Part shown: piece by piece, positions 1-7,592 of the stretch
Numbering within the stretch: position 1 is the stretch's first letter
Layout: every line of letters begins with the position of its first letter
Source of the DNA: Campylobacterota bacterium
Lineage (GTDB): Bacteria > Campylobacterota > Campylobacteria > Campylobacterales > Sulfurimonadaceae
Assembly (NCBI GenBank): GCA_034717975.1
Contig: JAYEMF010000097.1
Coordinates: 1 to 11,603, forward strand
Reading direction: 5' to 3'
DNA: 11,603 nt
The notes under the pieces: model-generated
The model's database searches: none
What the model was told of the DNA's origin: nothing
The model's input: the letters and a program-made list of their open reading frames with translations, nothing else
Translations under genes and position numbers: made by a program

Positions 1-8
1 GGGGTTTA

Positions 9-33
9 TCCTATACTTTGAAATGGCATAGGA
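9..33 (-). terminator. Hairpin downstream of atpE, possible terminator or 3' stabilising stem
   Basis: Minus strand UCCUAUGC (33-26) pairs with GUAUAGGA (16-9): 8 bp including one G-U, 17 nt after the atpE stop. No U-tract is visible before the window edge. Confidence 0.4.
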
Positions 34-50
34 CACACGACTTCGGTTGA

Positions 51-365
51 TTAACCGAGGTAAGGGTTCGCGTAAAGTGCGATAAGCGCGATTACCAATG
101 TATAGATAACCTGTGCTTCGATCATTGCAAGAGCGATGAACATTGTAGTCATCAGCTTTCCGCCAAGACCTGGGTTACGTGCAGTACCGGCAATAGTTGC
201 AGCAGCAGTGTGACCCATACCGATTGCACCACCAAGTGCAGCCAGACCAAGGCCAACACCGGCAGCGATCATTGAGTATGCTTTAAGTGTCTGGTTAGCA
301 ACGTCACCATCAGCAGCGAATGCAGCAGCAGTAAGTGCAACCATCAAGAAAAGAATTTTTTTCAT
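51..365 (-). CDS. atpE: F0F1 ATP synthase subunit c with N-terminal signal-peptide-like extension
   Basis: Gly-rich helix GVGLGLAALGGAIGMG, loop ARNP, carboxylate motif MIEAQVIY. GGAG Shine-Dalgarno at 376-373, 7 nt before the ATG. Confidence 0.97.
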   Translation of the reverse strand: MKKILFLMVALTAAAFAADGDVANQTLKAYSMIAAGVGLGLAALGGAIGMGHTAAATIAGTARNPGLGGKLMTTMFIALAMIEAQVIYTLVIALIALYANPYLG

Positions 366-480
366 AAATGTTCTCCAAAATTTTGTTTACAAAGTCCGTT
401 CGGATAGCGTAAACGCACCCTAAAAGAGCACGCCAATAGAGACATAAATGCCTATATTTCCCTACTAAATCACTTTGTGT
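366..480 (-). promoter_or_regulatory. Long structured 5' leader of atpE (candidate cis-regulatory RNA)
   Basis: Enclosing stem ACAAAGU (478-472)/ACUUUGU (395-389) with three internal hairpins, lying between a TATAAT box and the atpE SD. Confidence 0.5.
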
Positions 481-485
481 CCGGC

Positions 486-491
486 ATTATA
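486..491 (-). promoter_or_regulatory. sigma70/RpoD -10 box (TATAAT) for atpE
   Basis: Perfect TATAAT on the minus strand with AT-rich sequence upstream, as is typical of Campylobacterota RpoD promoters. Predicted start near 479-480. Confidence 0.65.
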
Positions 492-563
492 GTTTGTCAC
501 CCTTGAAAATTAGTTTAAATTGTAGAGTTTTTATAAAAGCTTCTTTTGAAAAAACTCACCTCT

Positions 564-665
564 GTCCCATTAATGGGACTAGCTTTAGTGCCACGTGTGT
601 TCAGTGCCATTGGTTAGCACTGGATGCAGCGGCAAGCGTAGCTACTTGGACTTTGTTTAAGTAGC
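564..665. repeat. Cluster of palindromes/inverted repeats, including a REP-like imperfect palindrome
   Basis: Perfect 16-bp palindrome GTCCCATTAATGGGAC (564-579); TGGGACTA-GCTT-TAGTGCCA with one G/G mismatch (574-593); CAGTGC-N9-GCACTG (602-622); GCTACTT-N11-AAGTAGC (641-665). Confidence 0.6.
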
Positions 666-684
666 GTATTTAAAAAAAAGTGAA

Positions 685-2856
685 CTATTTTGCTCGTCCA
701 AGGCTGATCTTATTGCCTTTGAACTCAAGAATCTCCACTTTGATCTTTTCGCCTTCGCTCAACACATCGGCTACACGGCTGATACGCTCATCAGATATCT
801 TGGAGATATGCAGCAGGCCGTCTACACCTCCAGGCAGTTCGATAAAAGCACCAAAATCGACAATCTTTTTGACTGTTCCATCAGCCACATCACCTACCTG
901 ATACTCGATCTTTTCAGGTACATTACTGGCAATCTCTTCGATGTGGGCACGCGCACCCTCTACACCTCTTTTATTTTTACCAGAAAGTTTGACATGCCCC
1001 ACTTTTTTATCGATATCGATGGCTACTTCAAACTTCTCGATGATCTCACGGATCGTTTTACCCGCCTGACCAATGATATCGCCTACAGTACTTGGATCAA
1101 TATGGAAGAAATCTGAACTCGGCAGGCTCTCTTCATTGAGTTCTATCGCAGCTTCTGCCTCTTCCATGATGTCGATAATATGAGAACGCCCTGCTTTTGC
1201 CTGATAAAATGCCTCTTTCAGCACGTCGAGACTAATTCCGCCAAGCTTGATGTCCATCTGCAGAGCGGTAATTCCCTCGCGTGTACCGGTCACTTTAAAG
1301 TCCATGTCACCATCATGATCTTCAAGCCCCATAATATCGGTCAAAATCGCATACTTGTCACCCTCATGGACAAGTCCCATCGCCACGCCGGCAATGGTAT
1401 CGGTCATCTCGATATCACCGGCTCGAAGTGCCATATAACCGCCACAAACCGTCGCCATTGAAGAGGAGCCGTTGGACTCAAGGATCTCAGAAACCAGGCG
1501 AATCGTATGTCCCGGATCAGTCAGGGCCGGTTCAAGTGCACGCTTGGCAAGGTTTCCATGGCCCAGTTCACGACGACGCGGCGGACCGACCGGTGAAGGT
1601 TCGCCCACTGAGAAGCCCGGAAAATTGTAGTGCACCATAAAGGTCTCGTTTTGTGTACCTTCACTAGTGAGGTTCTCATACATCTGAGCGTCTTTATTGC
1701 CGCCAAGTGTCAAAATAACAAGCGCCTGTGTCTGCCCGCGGGTGAAGAGTGCCGAAGCATGTGCGGAGGGAAGCACGTTTGTTTCGATGGTGATCGGACG
1801 CACTTCATCAAGCCCACGACCATCGGCACGCAGACGATCATCGAGGATCTGTCCACGGACTATCTCGCGCTTGACAGACTCAATAGCCCGTTTGAGCTCT
1901 TTTTCATCCCACTCGCTCTTATCCTGAATAATACTCTTGCGAACTTGTCGCAATGCCGTTGAGCGTTCACTTTTAGCCATCTGATTCACGGCTGCTTTAA
2001 TGTCGGCAGCATGATTCTCACGCAGGTATGCCAGCATTGTTTCATCGGCACGGTTGACAATGCACTCTAACGGCATCGCTTCTTTGGCATAACCGGCGAA
2101 AAGACTTTCATAAGTTTCATTAGCCGTTTTCAGTACCTGCTGGGAACGCTCAAAGATATCGATCAGTTCATCTTCGGGCATGCGGTTTGAGCGATAATCC
2201 ATGACCGTCTCAGCTGTCAGCGTCGGATCGATCATCGGGTCGACCATTGCCGAGCTGATCAGTTCGCTCTCAACTGAACCTTGTGTGCGCATCTCTATCA
2301 TCAACAGGTCATCTTTACTTCCGGCAAGATAGAGATCGAGTGTACTCTCTTTGAGTTGTGACATAGTTGGATTAAAGATGATCTCATCACCGATCTTTCC
2401 AACGCGTACTCCTGTGATAGAGGTGTTAATATCGATATCTGAGACAAACAGTGCAGCAGAAGCAGCGTTCAGCGCAAGCACCTGCAGGTCAGCTTCATCA
2501 TCCACACTCAACACCATAATAGTGATCTGGATCGGATTGGCAAATCCTTTAGGGAAAATCGGTCGTAAAGAGCGATCGACAATACGTGATGTCAGTGTCT
2601 CAAAATCACTCGGTTTCGTCTCACGCTTGAAGAAACCACCCGGGAATTTACCTGCCGCATAGGTCTTTTCTATGTATTGCACGGTAAGCGGCAAAAACTC
2701 TTCGGTCACAAAGTCCGTCTCATCCACGACAACCGTTGCCAAGATAACGGTATCACCGCTTTGCAGCCAAGCCGCCCCGTTTGCCTGTCGGGCAACTTTG
2801 CTAAAGCCATAGGCTTCTCTCTTATTTTCCAGTTCAATCACTATTTCAGTTTGCAT
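685..2856 (-). CDS. pnp: Polyribonucleotide nucleotidyltransferase (PNPase)
   Basis: RNase PH motifs AAGKFPGGFFKRE, RRRELGHG, ESNGSSSMA and DHDGDMDFK; KH domain IIGQAGKTIR; C-terminal S1 domain FGAFIEL...GLLHISKI; 723 aa. Confidence 0.98.
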   Translation of the reverse strand: MQTEIVIELENKREAYGFSKVARQANGAAWLQSGDTVILATVVVDETDFVTEEFLPLTVQYIEKTYAAGKFPGGFFKRETKPSDFETLTSRIVDRSLRPIFPKGFANPIQITIMVLSVDDEADLQVLALNAASAALFVSDIDINTSITGVRVGKIGDEIIFNPTMSQLKESTLDLYLAGSKDDLLMIEMRTQGSVESELISSAMVDPMIDPTLTAETVMDYRSNRMPEDELIDIFERSQQVLKTANETYESLFAGYAKEAMPLECIVNRADETMLAYLRENHAADIKAAVNQMAKSERSTALRQVRKSIIQDKSEWDEKELKRAIESVKREIVRGQILDDRLRADGRGLDEVRPITIETNVLPSAHASALFTRGQTQALVILTLGGNKDAQMYENLTSEGTQNETFMVHYNFPGFSVGEPSPVGPPRRRELGHGNLAKRALEPALTDPGHTIRLVSEILESNGSSSMATVCGGYMALRAGDIEMTDTIAGVAMGLVHEGDKYAILTDIMGLEDHDGDMDFKVTGTREGITALQMDIKLGGISLDVLKEAFYQAKAGRSHIIDIMEEAEAAIELNEESLPSSDFFHIDPSTVGDIIGQAGKTIREIIEKFEVAIDIDKKVGHVKLSGKNKRGVEGARAHIEEIASNVPEKIEYQVGDVADGTVKKIVDFGAFIELPGGVDGLLHISKISDERISRVADVLSEGEKIKVEILEFKGNKISLGRAK

Positions 2857-3509
2857 GTTTTATCTCCTAACATTCTTTCTATCTCTTGATCACTTACTTC
2901 TTCCAATATACCGTAGTAACTGCCCGTATCGACAAAATCCTCTATATCGTGAAGGTAGAAAATATCATCCACCAGCGGCTCCAGACTCTCCAAAACATCA
3001 GTTGGCAGGACCGGCACGGCCACATAGACGGCTCTGGGGTGCATACCCATCACTGTTTTAATCGCTGTCAGCAGTTTCAAGCCTGTCTCAGCTGCTTCAT
3101 CTATCAGTAAAACAGTTTTGTCTTTTACATTCTCAAACTGCCTTCCATGACGATAGCGATAGACCATACTCAATATTTTCTCTTCATATTTCCGGTGTGC
3201 CTCGCCATAGATATAATCGAGTTTAATGTCAAAAGCCTCGATCAGCTTCTCATGCAGCACCATCTCTTCATGTTCGCTCACCCGTGCCACTTCGCATTCA
3301 CTGTTGTTTGGTGCAGTGATAGTCTCTGAAAAGAGAAAATCAATCGATAGATCATAACGTTCATTCATCATATCGGAGAGCTCGAGGCCACCTCTTGAGA
3401 CTGCAACAAACTCCCACTGTTCACTTCGTATACGATCCATAGGAAGAACTTCCACAAGCTGCTTTGCAGCATCCCGCCTGTCACTGAAAAGATGTTTTCT
3501 GTGTTTCAT
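2841..3509 (-). CDS. Phosphoribosyltransferase-fold protein with a divergent PRPP-binding loop
   Basis: F-x-DRRDAAKQL N-terminus, VSRGG loop, KTVLLIDEAAETG (PRPP-loop-like) and VYVAVPV strand. Overlaps the pnp start by 16 nt. Confidence 0.8.
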   Translation of the reverse strand: MKHRKHLFSDRRDAAKQLVEVLPMDRIRSEQWEFVAVSRGGLELSDMMNERYDLSIDFLFSETITAPNNSECEVARVSEHEEMVLHEKLIEAFDIKLDYIYGEAHRKYEEKILSMVYRYRHGRQFENVKDKTVLLIDEAAETGLKLLTAIKTVMGMHPRAVYVAVPVLPTDVLESLEPLVDDIFYLHDIEDFVDTGSYYGILEEVSDQEIERMLGDKTCKLK

Positions 3510-3518
3510 TTATCTCGC

Positions 3519-5792
3519 CTATTCGTCATCAAATTTATAATCAAACTCTGTACCGCCCATCGGTTTCAGCATAACGGTTATAAAGATATATTTGTCATAA
3601 ATACTGTTTGTCACGCCGCCGCTTTGAAGAATGGGCCGATTGTTCTCTACATAACGAAGACCAAAATCAAAACAGCGCTGCTGATACATAAAGCCAATTT
3701 CCGCTTTTTTCTTTAGATCGGTCTGAAAATCATAATCATACCCGGCAAAATAGCGGTAGTGTCTATCATACCGGTAAGAAGCCCTGCTGGTAAGATAGCT
3801 ACTGTCATCTGACCTGTTACGGCGCAATTTATCTTCAAAAAAATGGTTAAGATTCAGTTGAACAACTCCATCATTGTAACCAAAACCGCTCACCTGCTTG
3901 GAGAGGTAATCGTTTTGATGATCCCAGAAGGTATCGCTATTGAAAGAGATGGCATCCGTAATCTGCCAGATAAAGTCATTCTCCAGTTCACCCAGCTCAT
4001 TATTCTCTTCATGATTGATCCCCTGTGTGATACGGTGATAAAAAAACTGCTTACCACTCTCGTCAAAAAGATACTGTACCATTTCAAGACGTGACTCTTC
4101 TTCTACTTCATTGACATTGTAGTAACTACACAGCTCATAAGCCGGATCATAAGTTGGAGACTCAGGATCACAAAAGGCATCAATCCCTTCATAAAATCCA
4201 TCACGATATTCTGAACCTGCTTTTGTATAGGCCGTTTTAAAAGCCATAGTATGAGCAAAATCGTCGTAACCTCTTGTAAGGTAGGTTCCGGCATTTATCG
4301 TATGTACATTACGATAATATTGTCCTGATTCATACTCAGTGTTAAGGTTCTGATCATCCGGAGTACCGCCAAAGGAGATATGTCTCCCATTCAGTGATGC
4401 CTGATAACTCAGATCGAGGTAATCATCCAGAACTGATGTCTGCAGAATCAGAGGAATATCTACATTGGATTTTATGGCTCTCTTTCCGGTCGGACGATAG
4501 AGGTTATTCATAGCAATATCAACATTGGCCAAAAGGTGTTCATCCAGAAAACTTTCCAAGTAGTGATGATAATGAATGGTTGGAAGGTTCTGAAGTGTCT
4601 CATCATTTTTGTCACTGTTTAGATCACGATAATATTTGAAATAGGTTCCAAGGTAATGATCATCTTCATTATAGAATGTATTTATCCGTGAGAAAACCTG
4701 ATTGGTCGTAGCATACCTTGTTTCATCATTTCGTGAAGCCAGATTGATATAATCGACATCATTCATCCAGTTGATATCGGTATAAAATCCCGACTGTCCA
4801 CTCAGTTCAAGTCCAAACCACTGTTTTAGAAAGTTATAGTTTTCATAATAGATGTTAAACCCATAGTGCTTGTTGTTTTGAAGCTGATACTCTTGAAAAT
4901 AGTCGCTCTTCTCTTTAAATACACCGGTCGTGATCTCACCACGGGATATCTTTGAATCTACAAAACGGAATGTCGCATAGATCCCTTCACCCCTCTTGGT
5001 TCTGATCTGCGGTCTTAATTCCAGATCCCATTCATCATACTCGGCGATATAGATAGGCTGTTCATAATAGAACCCTTCCGAACTTGACAATCCAAATGAA
5101 GGTGGAAGCAGACCGGTTCGACGAGTCGTGTCAAGTGAATAGCCAAAATATGGTGCATAAAAAACCGGTATCTCATGAATGTAAAGGCGAGCATTGTAAA
5201 TATTGAGCCATTTGGTTTCACTGTTATAATCAGAACTGCTAAAGTAGATCTGCCAGAGCGGATCAGTCGGATTACACCCCGACATGATCCCGCTTTGCAG
5301 GTCAAAATCTTTATCTAGAGCATGAGCTTTCTCACAACTCAGCCAGACCCGGCTCTTTTTGTCGGTCATATAAAACGGTGTCAAGGTGCGCTCTTTGGCG
5401 TCTAGATTAAACGTAGCATATTCACCCAGCGCAAAATAGTCGGCCCCCTGCATGACAACGATATTGCCTGACAACTCCAGTTCACCATTGTCACGATCAT
5501 ATGTTGCGCTATTGGCACTTAGGTACTGATCTTTATATAAAATCAGGACGTCTCCGGACGCATGAAGTTTTGTATTGTTCGAATCTATCTTCGTAGCATA
5601 AACCTGCATCTTGTTACCGACAGACATCAAGCCCTTTGAAACTTTTACAGTGGGTGTCTGCTCAGGGGAAACGGAAACACTCTGTTCACTAAGAGCTGCT
5701 CCCTGTTCTTGTAAAGTAATATTATCATCATGGCGCAGCTCCGATGCTCCAAGAGAAGTCACCACTAACAGAAGCAGCCAGAGTTTAGACAT
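3519..5792 (-). CDS. lptD: LPS-assembly outer-membrane protein LptD (OstA/Imp)
   Basis: Signal peptide MSKLWLLLLVVTSLGA; OstA-like N-terminal domain (LHASGDV...YLSANSATYD); SGC...W and NARL...PVFYAPY motifs; RRTGLLPP; aromatic-rich beta-barrel with YQQRCF near the C-terminus. ATG at 5792 preferred over TTG at 5795; it overlaps the RDD gene by 8 nt. Confidence 0.92.
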   Translation of the reverse strand: MSKLWLLLLVVTSLGASELRHDDNITLQEQGAALSEQSVSVSPEQTPTVKVSKGLMSVGNKMQVYATKIDSNNTKLHASGDVLILYKDQYLSANSATYDRDNGELELSGNIVVMQGADYFALGEYATFNLDAKERTLTPFYMTDKKSRVWLSCEKAHALDKDFDLQSGIMSGCNPTDPLWQIYFSSSDYNSETKWLNIYNARLYIHEIPVFYAPYFGYSLDTTRRTGLLPPSFGLSSSEGFYYEQPIYIAEYDEWDLELRPQIRTKRGEGIYATFRFVDSKISRGEITTGVFKEKSDYFQEYQLQNNKHYGFNIYYENYNFLKQWFGLELSGQSGFYTDINWMNDVDYINLASRNDETRYATTNQVFSRINTFYNEDDHYLGTYFKYYRDLNSDKNDETLQNLPTIHYHHYLESFLDEHLLANVDIAMNNLYRPTGKRAIKSNVDIPLILQTSVLDDYLDLSYQASLNGRHISFGGTPDDQNLNTEYESGQYYRNVHTINAGTYLTRGYDDFAHTMAFKTAYTKAGSEYRDGFYEGIDAFCDPESPTYDPAYELCSYYNVNEVEEESRLEMVQYLFDESGKQFFYHRITQGINHEENNELGELENDFIWQITDAISFNSDTFWDHQNDYLSKQVSGFGYNDGVVQLNLNHFFEDKLRRNRSDDSSYLTSRASYRYDRHYRYFAGYDYDFQTDLKKKAEIGFMYQQRCFDFGLRYVENNRPILQSGGVTNSIYDKYIFITVMLKPMGGTEFDYKFDDE

Positions 5793-6234
5793 CAACCACT
5801 ACTGTCCGTGCCGTTTTATCATGCCATGTCTGACGGGCCGGGTCCATCATTCCCCAGATAAATCCAAGATAAAAGATCATTTCACTGATAATGCGAAAAA
5901 CAGCCCTGTTCAGTGCAGCAAAAATCGTCGGTGTAGTCATCGTTGAGAGTTCAATCACCTGAATCTTCATCGCTATTTTTCCAACTGTCGCACCATACTG
6001 AACAATAAAAAAGGTCTGATAGGCAATTTTCATCGCCATAAACTCAAAAACGAATGCATTGGTAAGCATGATCATATCTTCTATGGTCTGAGCAGACTGA
6101 AAACTGTCCCAGAGGATAATAATCAGTAAAAAAGAGAGAAGCAGCTCATCGATCAGTGTTGCAACTGCACGTTTTTTTACAGGGGCGAGTTCCAACTGTT
6201 CACGCTCCAGGCGCTCTTGAACGGTCTCATCCAT
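5785..6234 (-). CDS. RDD-family membrane protein
   Basis: LAPVKKRAVATLID (R...D), GATVGKIAMKIQV and RQTWHDKTARTVVV signatures. ATG at 6234 preferred over TTG at 6243. Confidence 0.9.
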   Translation of the reverse strand: MDETVQERLEREQLELAPVKKRAVATLIDELLLSFLLIIILWDSFQSAQTIEDMIMLTNAFVFEFMAMKIAYQTFFIVQYGATVGKIAMKIQVIELSTMTTPTIFAALNRAVFRIISEMIFYLGFIWGMMDPARQTWHDKTARTVVVDV

Positions 6235-6239
6235 CGTGA

Positions 6240-7505
6240 TCAAAGGGCCTGATAAGCGATATCGGTACGCAGTTTCTTACCGGAAAAGTGAACCTGTCCA
6301 CACAGCATATAGGCACGGTCTCTGGCTTCTTTAATGGTATCACCCAAACCTACACATACCAAGACGCGTCCGCCCGTTGCATAAAGCTTGCCATCTTCTT
6401 CACTGACACCGGCATAAGAGACATGCGTATATTTGGCGATCTCTTCATGCACAACTTTATCTACAACGATCTCAGCCGGGTCAGAACTTTTATACGGGTA
6501 GTCACGGCTCGCCATAACAACACCGACAGCATACTGTTCACTGAATTCAACATTGAGTTTATCCAGCTGTTTTGACGCAGCTTTATAGAAAAGTTCACTG
6601 ACTGGTGTTTTGAGCAGCGGCATCAAAATCTCACACTCCGGGTCGCCGAAACGCACATTGAACTCAAGAGTGATAGGTTCGCCGTTGACAACCATTATGC
6701 CGATAAACAAGACACCTTCAAACGGTGCCCCTTCTGCCTGCATTCCATCGAGTGTCGGACGGACAACGCGATCTTTCACTTTCTGATAGATCTCGTCATT
6801 TACCAGCGGTGTAGGTGCATAGGCACCCATTCCACCCGTGTTTGGCCCTTCATCACCGTCTAAAAGACGTTTGTGGTCCTGCGCTGCCTGCAAGAGAATA
6901 TAATCTTTACCGTCACAGATAGCGAACATGGAAAGTTCATATCCATCCAGGAACTCTTCGATGATCACCTTTTTACCGGCATCACCAAAGGACTTGCCGC
7001 TAAGCATCTCTGAAACCGCCTTTTTCGCTTCGTCATGGCTCTGCGCAATGATCACACCTTTACCGGCACACAGACCATCGGCTTTTACAACAACCGGCGT
7101 CGGCAGAGTTTCAATAAACTTGAACGCTGTCTCGATATGATCTGTCTCAATATAACGTGCCGTAGGGATATTGTACTTTGCCAGAAAGTTTTTCATATAA
7201 ACTTTCGAACCCTCCAGCTGTGCCGCCTCTTTTGAAGGACCGAATACCCTCAGACCTTTTGCTTTGAAAATATCGACAATACCATCGACCAGCGGAGCTT
7301 CCGGACCGACAATCGTCAAATCGATACGCTTCTCTAAAGCAAAATCAGCCAATTCATTGTAATCATTAATGGTAATATTTTCACCCAACTGGCCTGTTGC
7401 ACCGTTGCCCGGGGAAAAATAGAGTTTTTCTACTGCACTATCTTGTTCAAGTGCACGACCGATAGAGTATTCACGTCCGCCGCTGCCGACAACCATTACA
7501 TTCAT
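6240..7505 (-). CDS. purD: Phosphoribosylamine--glycine ligase (GAR synthetase)
   Basis: VVGSGGRE, VGPEAPL, AAQLEGSK, VVKADGLCAGKGV, QDHKRL, GPNTGGMGAY, EFNVRFGDPE and TGGRVL motifs. GGAG SD at 7516-7513. Confidence 0.98.
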   Translation of the reverse strand: MNVMVVGSGGREYSIGRALEQDSAVEKLYFSPGNGATGQLGENITINDYNELADFALEKRIDLTIVGPEAPLVDGIVDIFKAKGLRVFGPSKEAAQLEGSKVYMKNFLAKYNIPTARYIETDHIETAFKFIETLPTPVVVKADGLCAGKGVIIAQSHDEAKKAVSEMLSGKSFGDAGKKVIIEEFLDGYELSMFAICDGKDYILLQAAQDHKRLLDGDEGPNTGGMGAYAPTPLVNDEIYQKVKDRVVRPTLDGMQAEGAPFEGVLFIGIMVVNGEPITLEFNVRFGDPECEILMPLLKTPVSELFYKAASKQLDKLNVEFSEQYAVGVVMASRDYPYKSSDPAEIVVDKVVHEEIAKYTHVSYAGVSEEDGKLYATGGRVLVCVGLGDTIKEARDRAYMLCGQVHFSGKKLRTDIAYQAL

Positions 7506-7569
7506 AAAAAGTCTCCGATTATTGTAAATATGATGAAGTATGTGAAGAAGTATTTAGACAACATTACTT

Positions 7570-7592
7570 AAAAACAGTGTTGTATCAACACT
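7570..7592 (-). terminator. Intrinsic terminator after the 6S RNA
   Basis: AGUGUUG-AUA-CAACACU perfect 7-bp stem (7592-7576) followed by GUUUUU on the minus strand. Confidence 0.6.

Noticed and set aside
564..665. tRNA or SRP RNA in the pnp-atpE spacer
   Set aside because: No T-loop GTTCRA or cloverleaf, and no SRP domain IV motif, on either strand.
672..679. A8 tract after the pnp stop as a terminator tail or phase-variable tract
   Set aside because: No stem precedes it on the mRNA strand, and it is intergenic and short.
680..2889. Series of + strand ORFs, and one short alternative-frame - strand ORF, over pnp
   Set aside because: Shadow ORFs of a well-conserved gene; no recognisable domains.
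2855..7235. Short alternative-frame and antisense ORFs over the PRT gene, lptD, the RDD gene and purD
   Set aside because: They lie over confident genes and have no independent coding signal.
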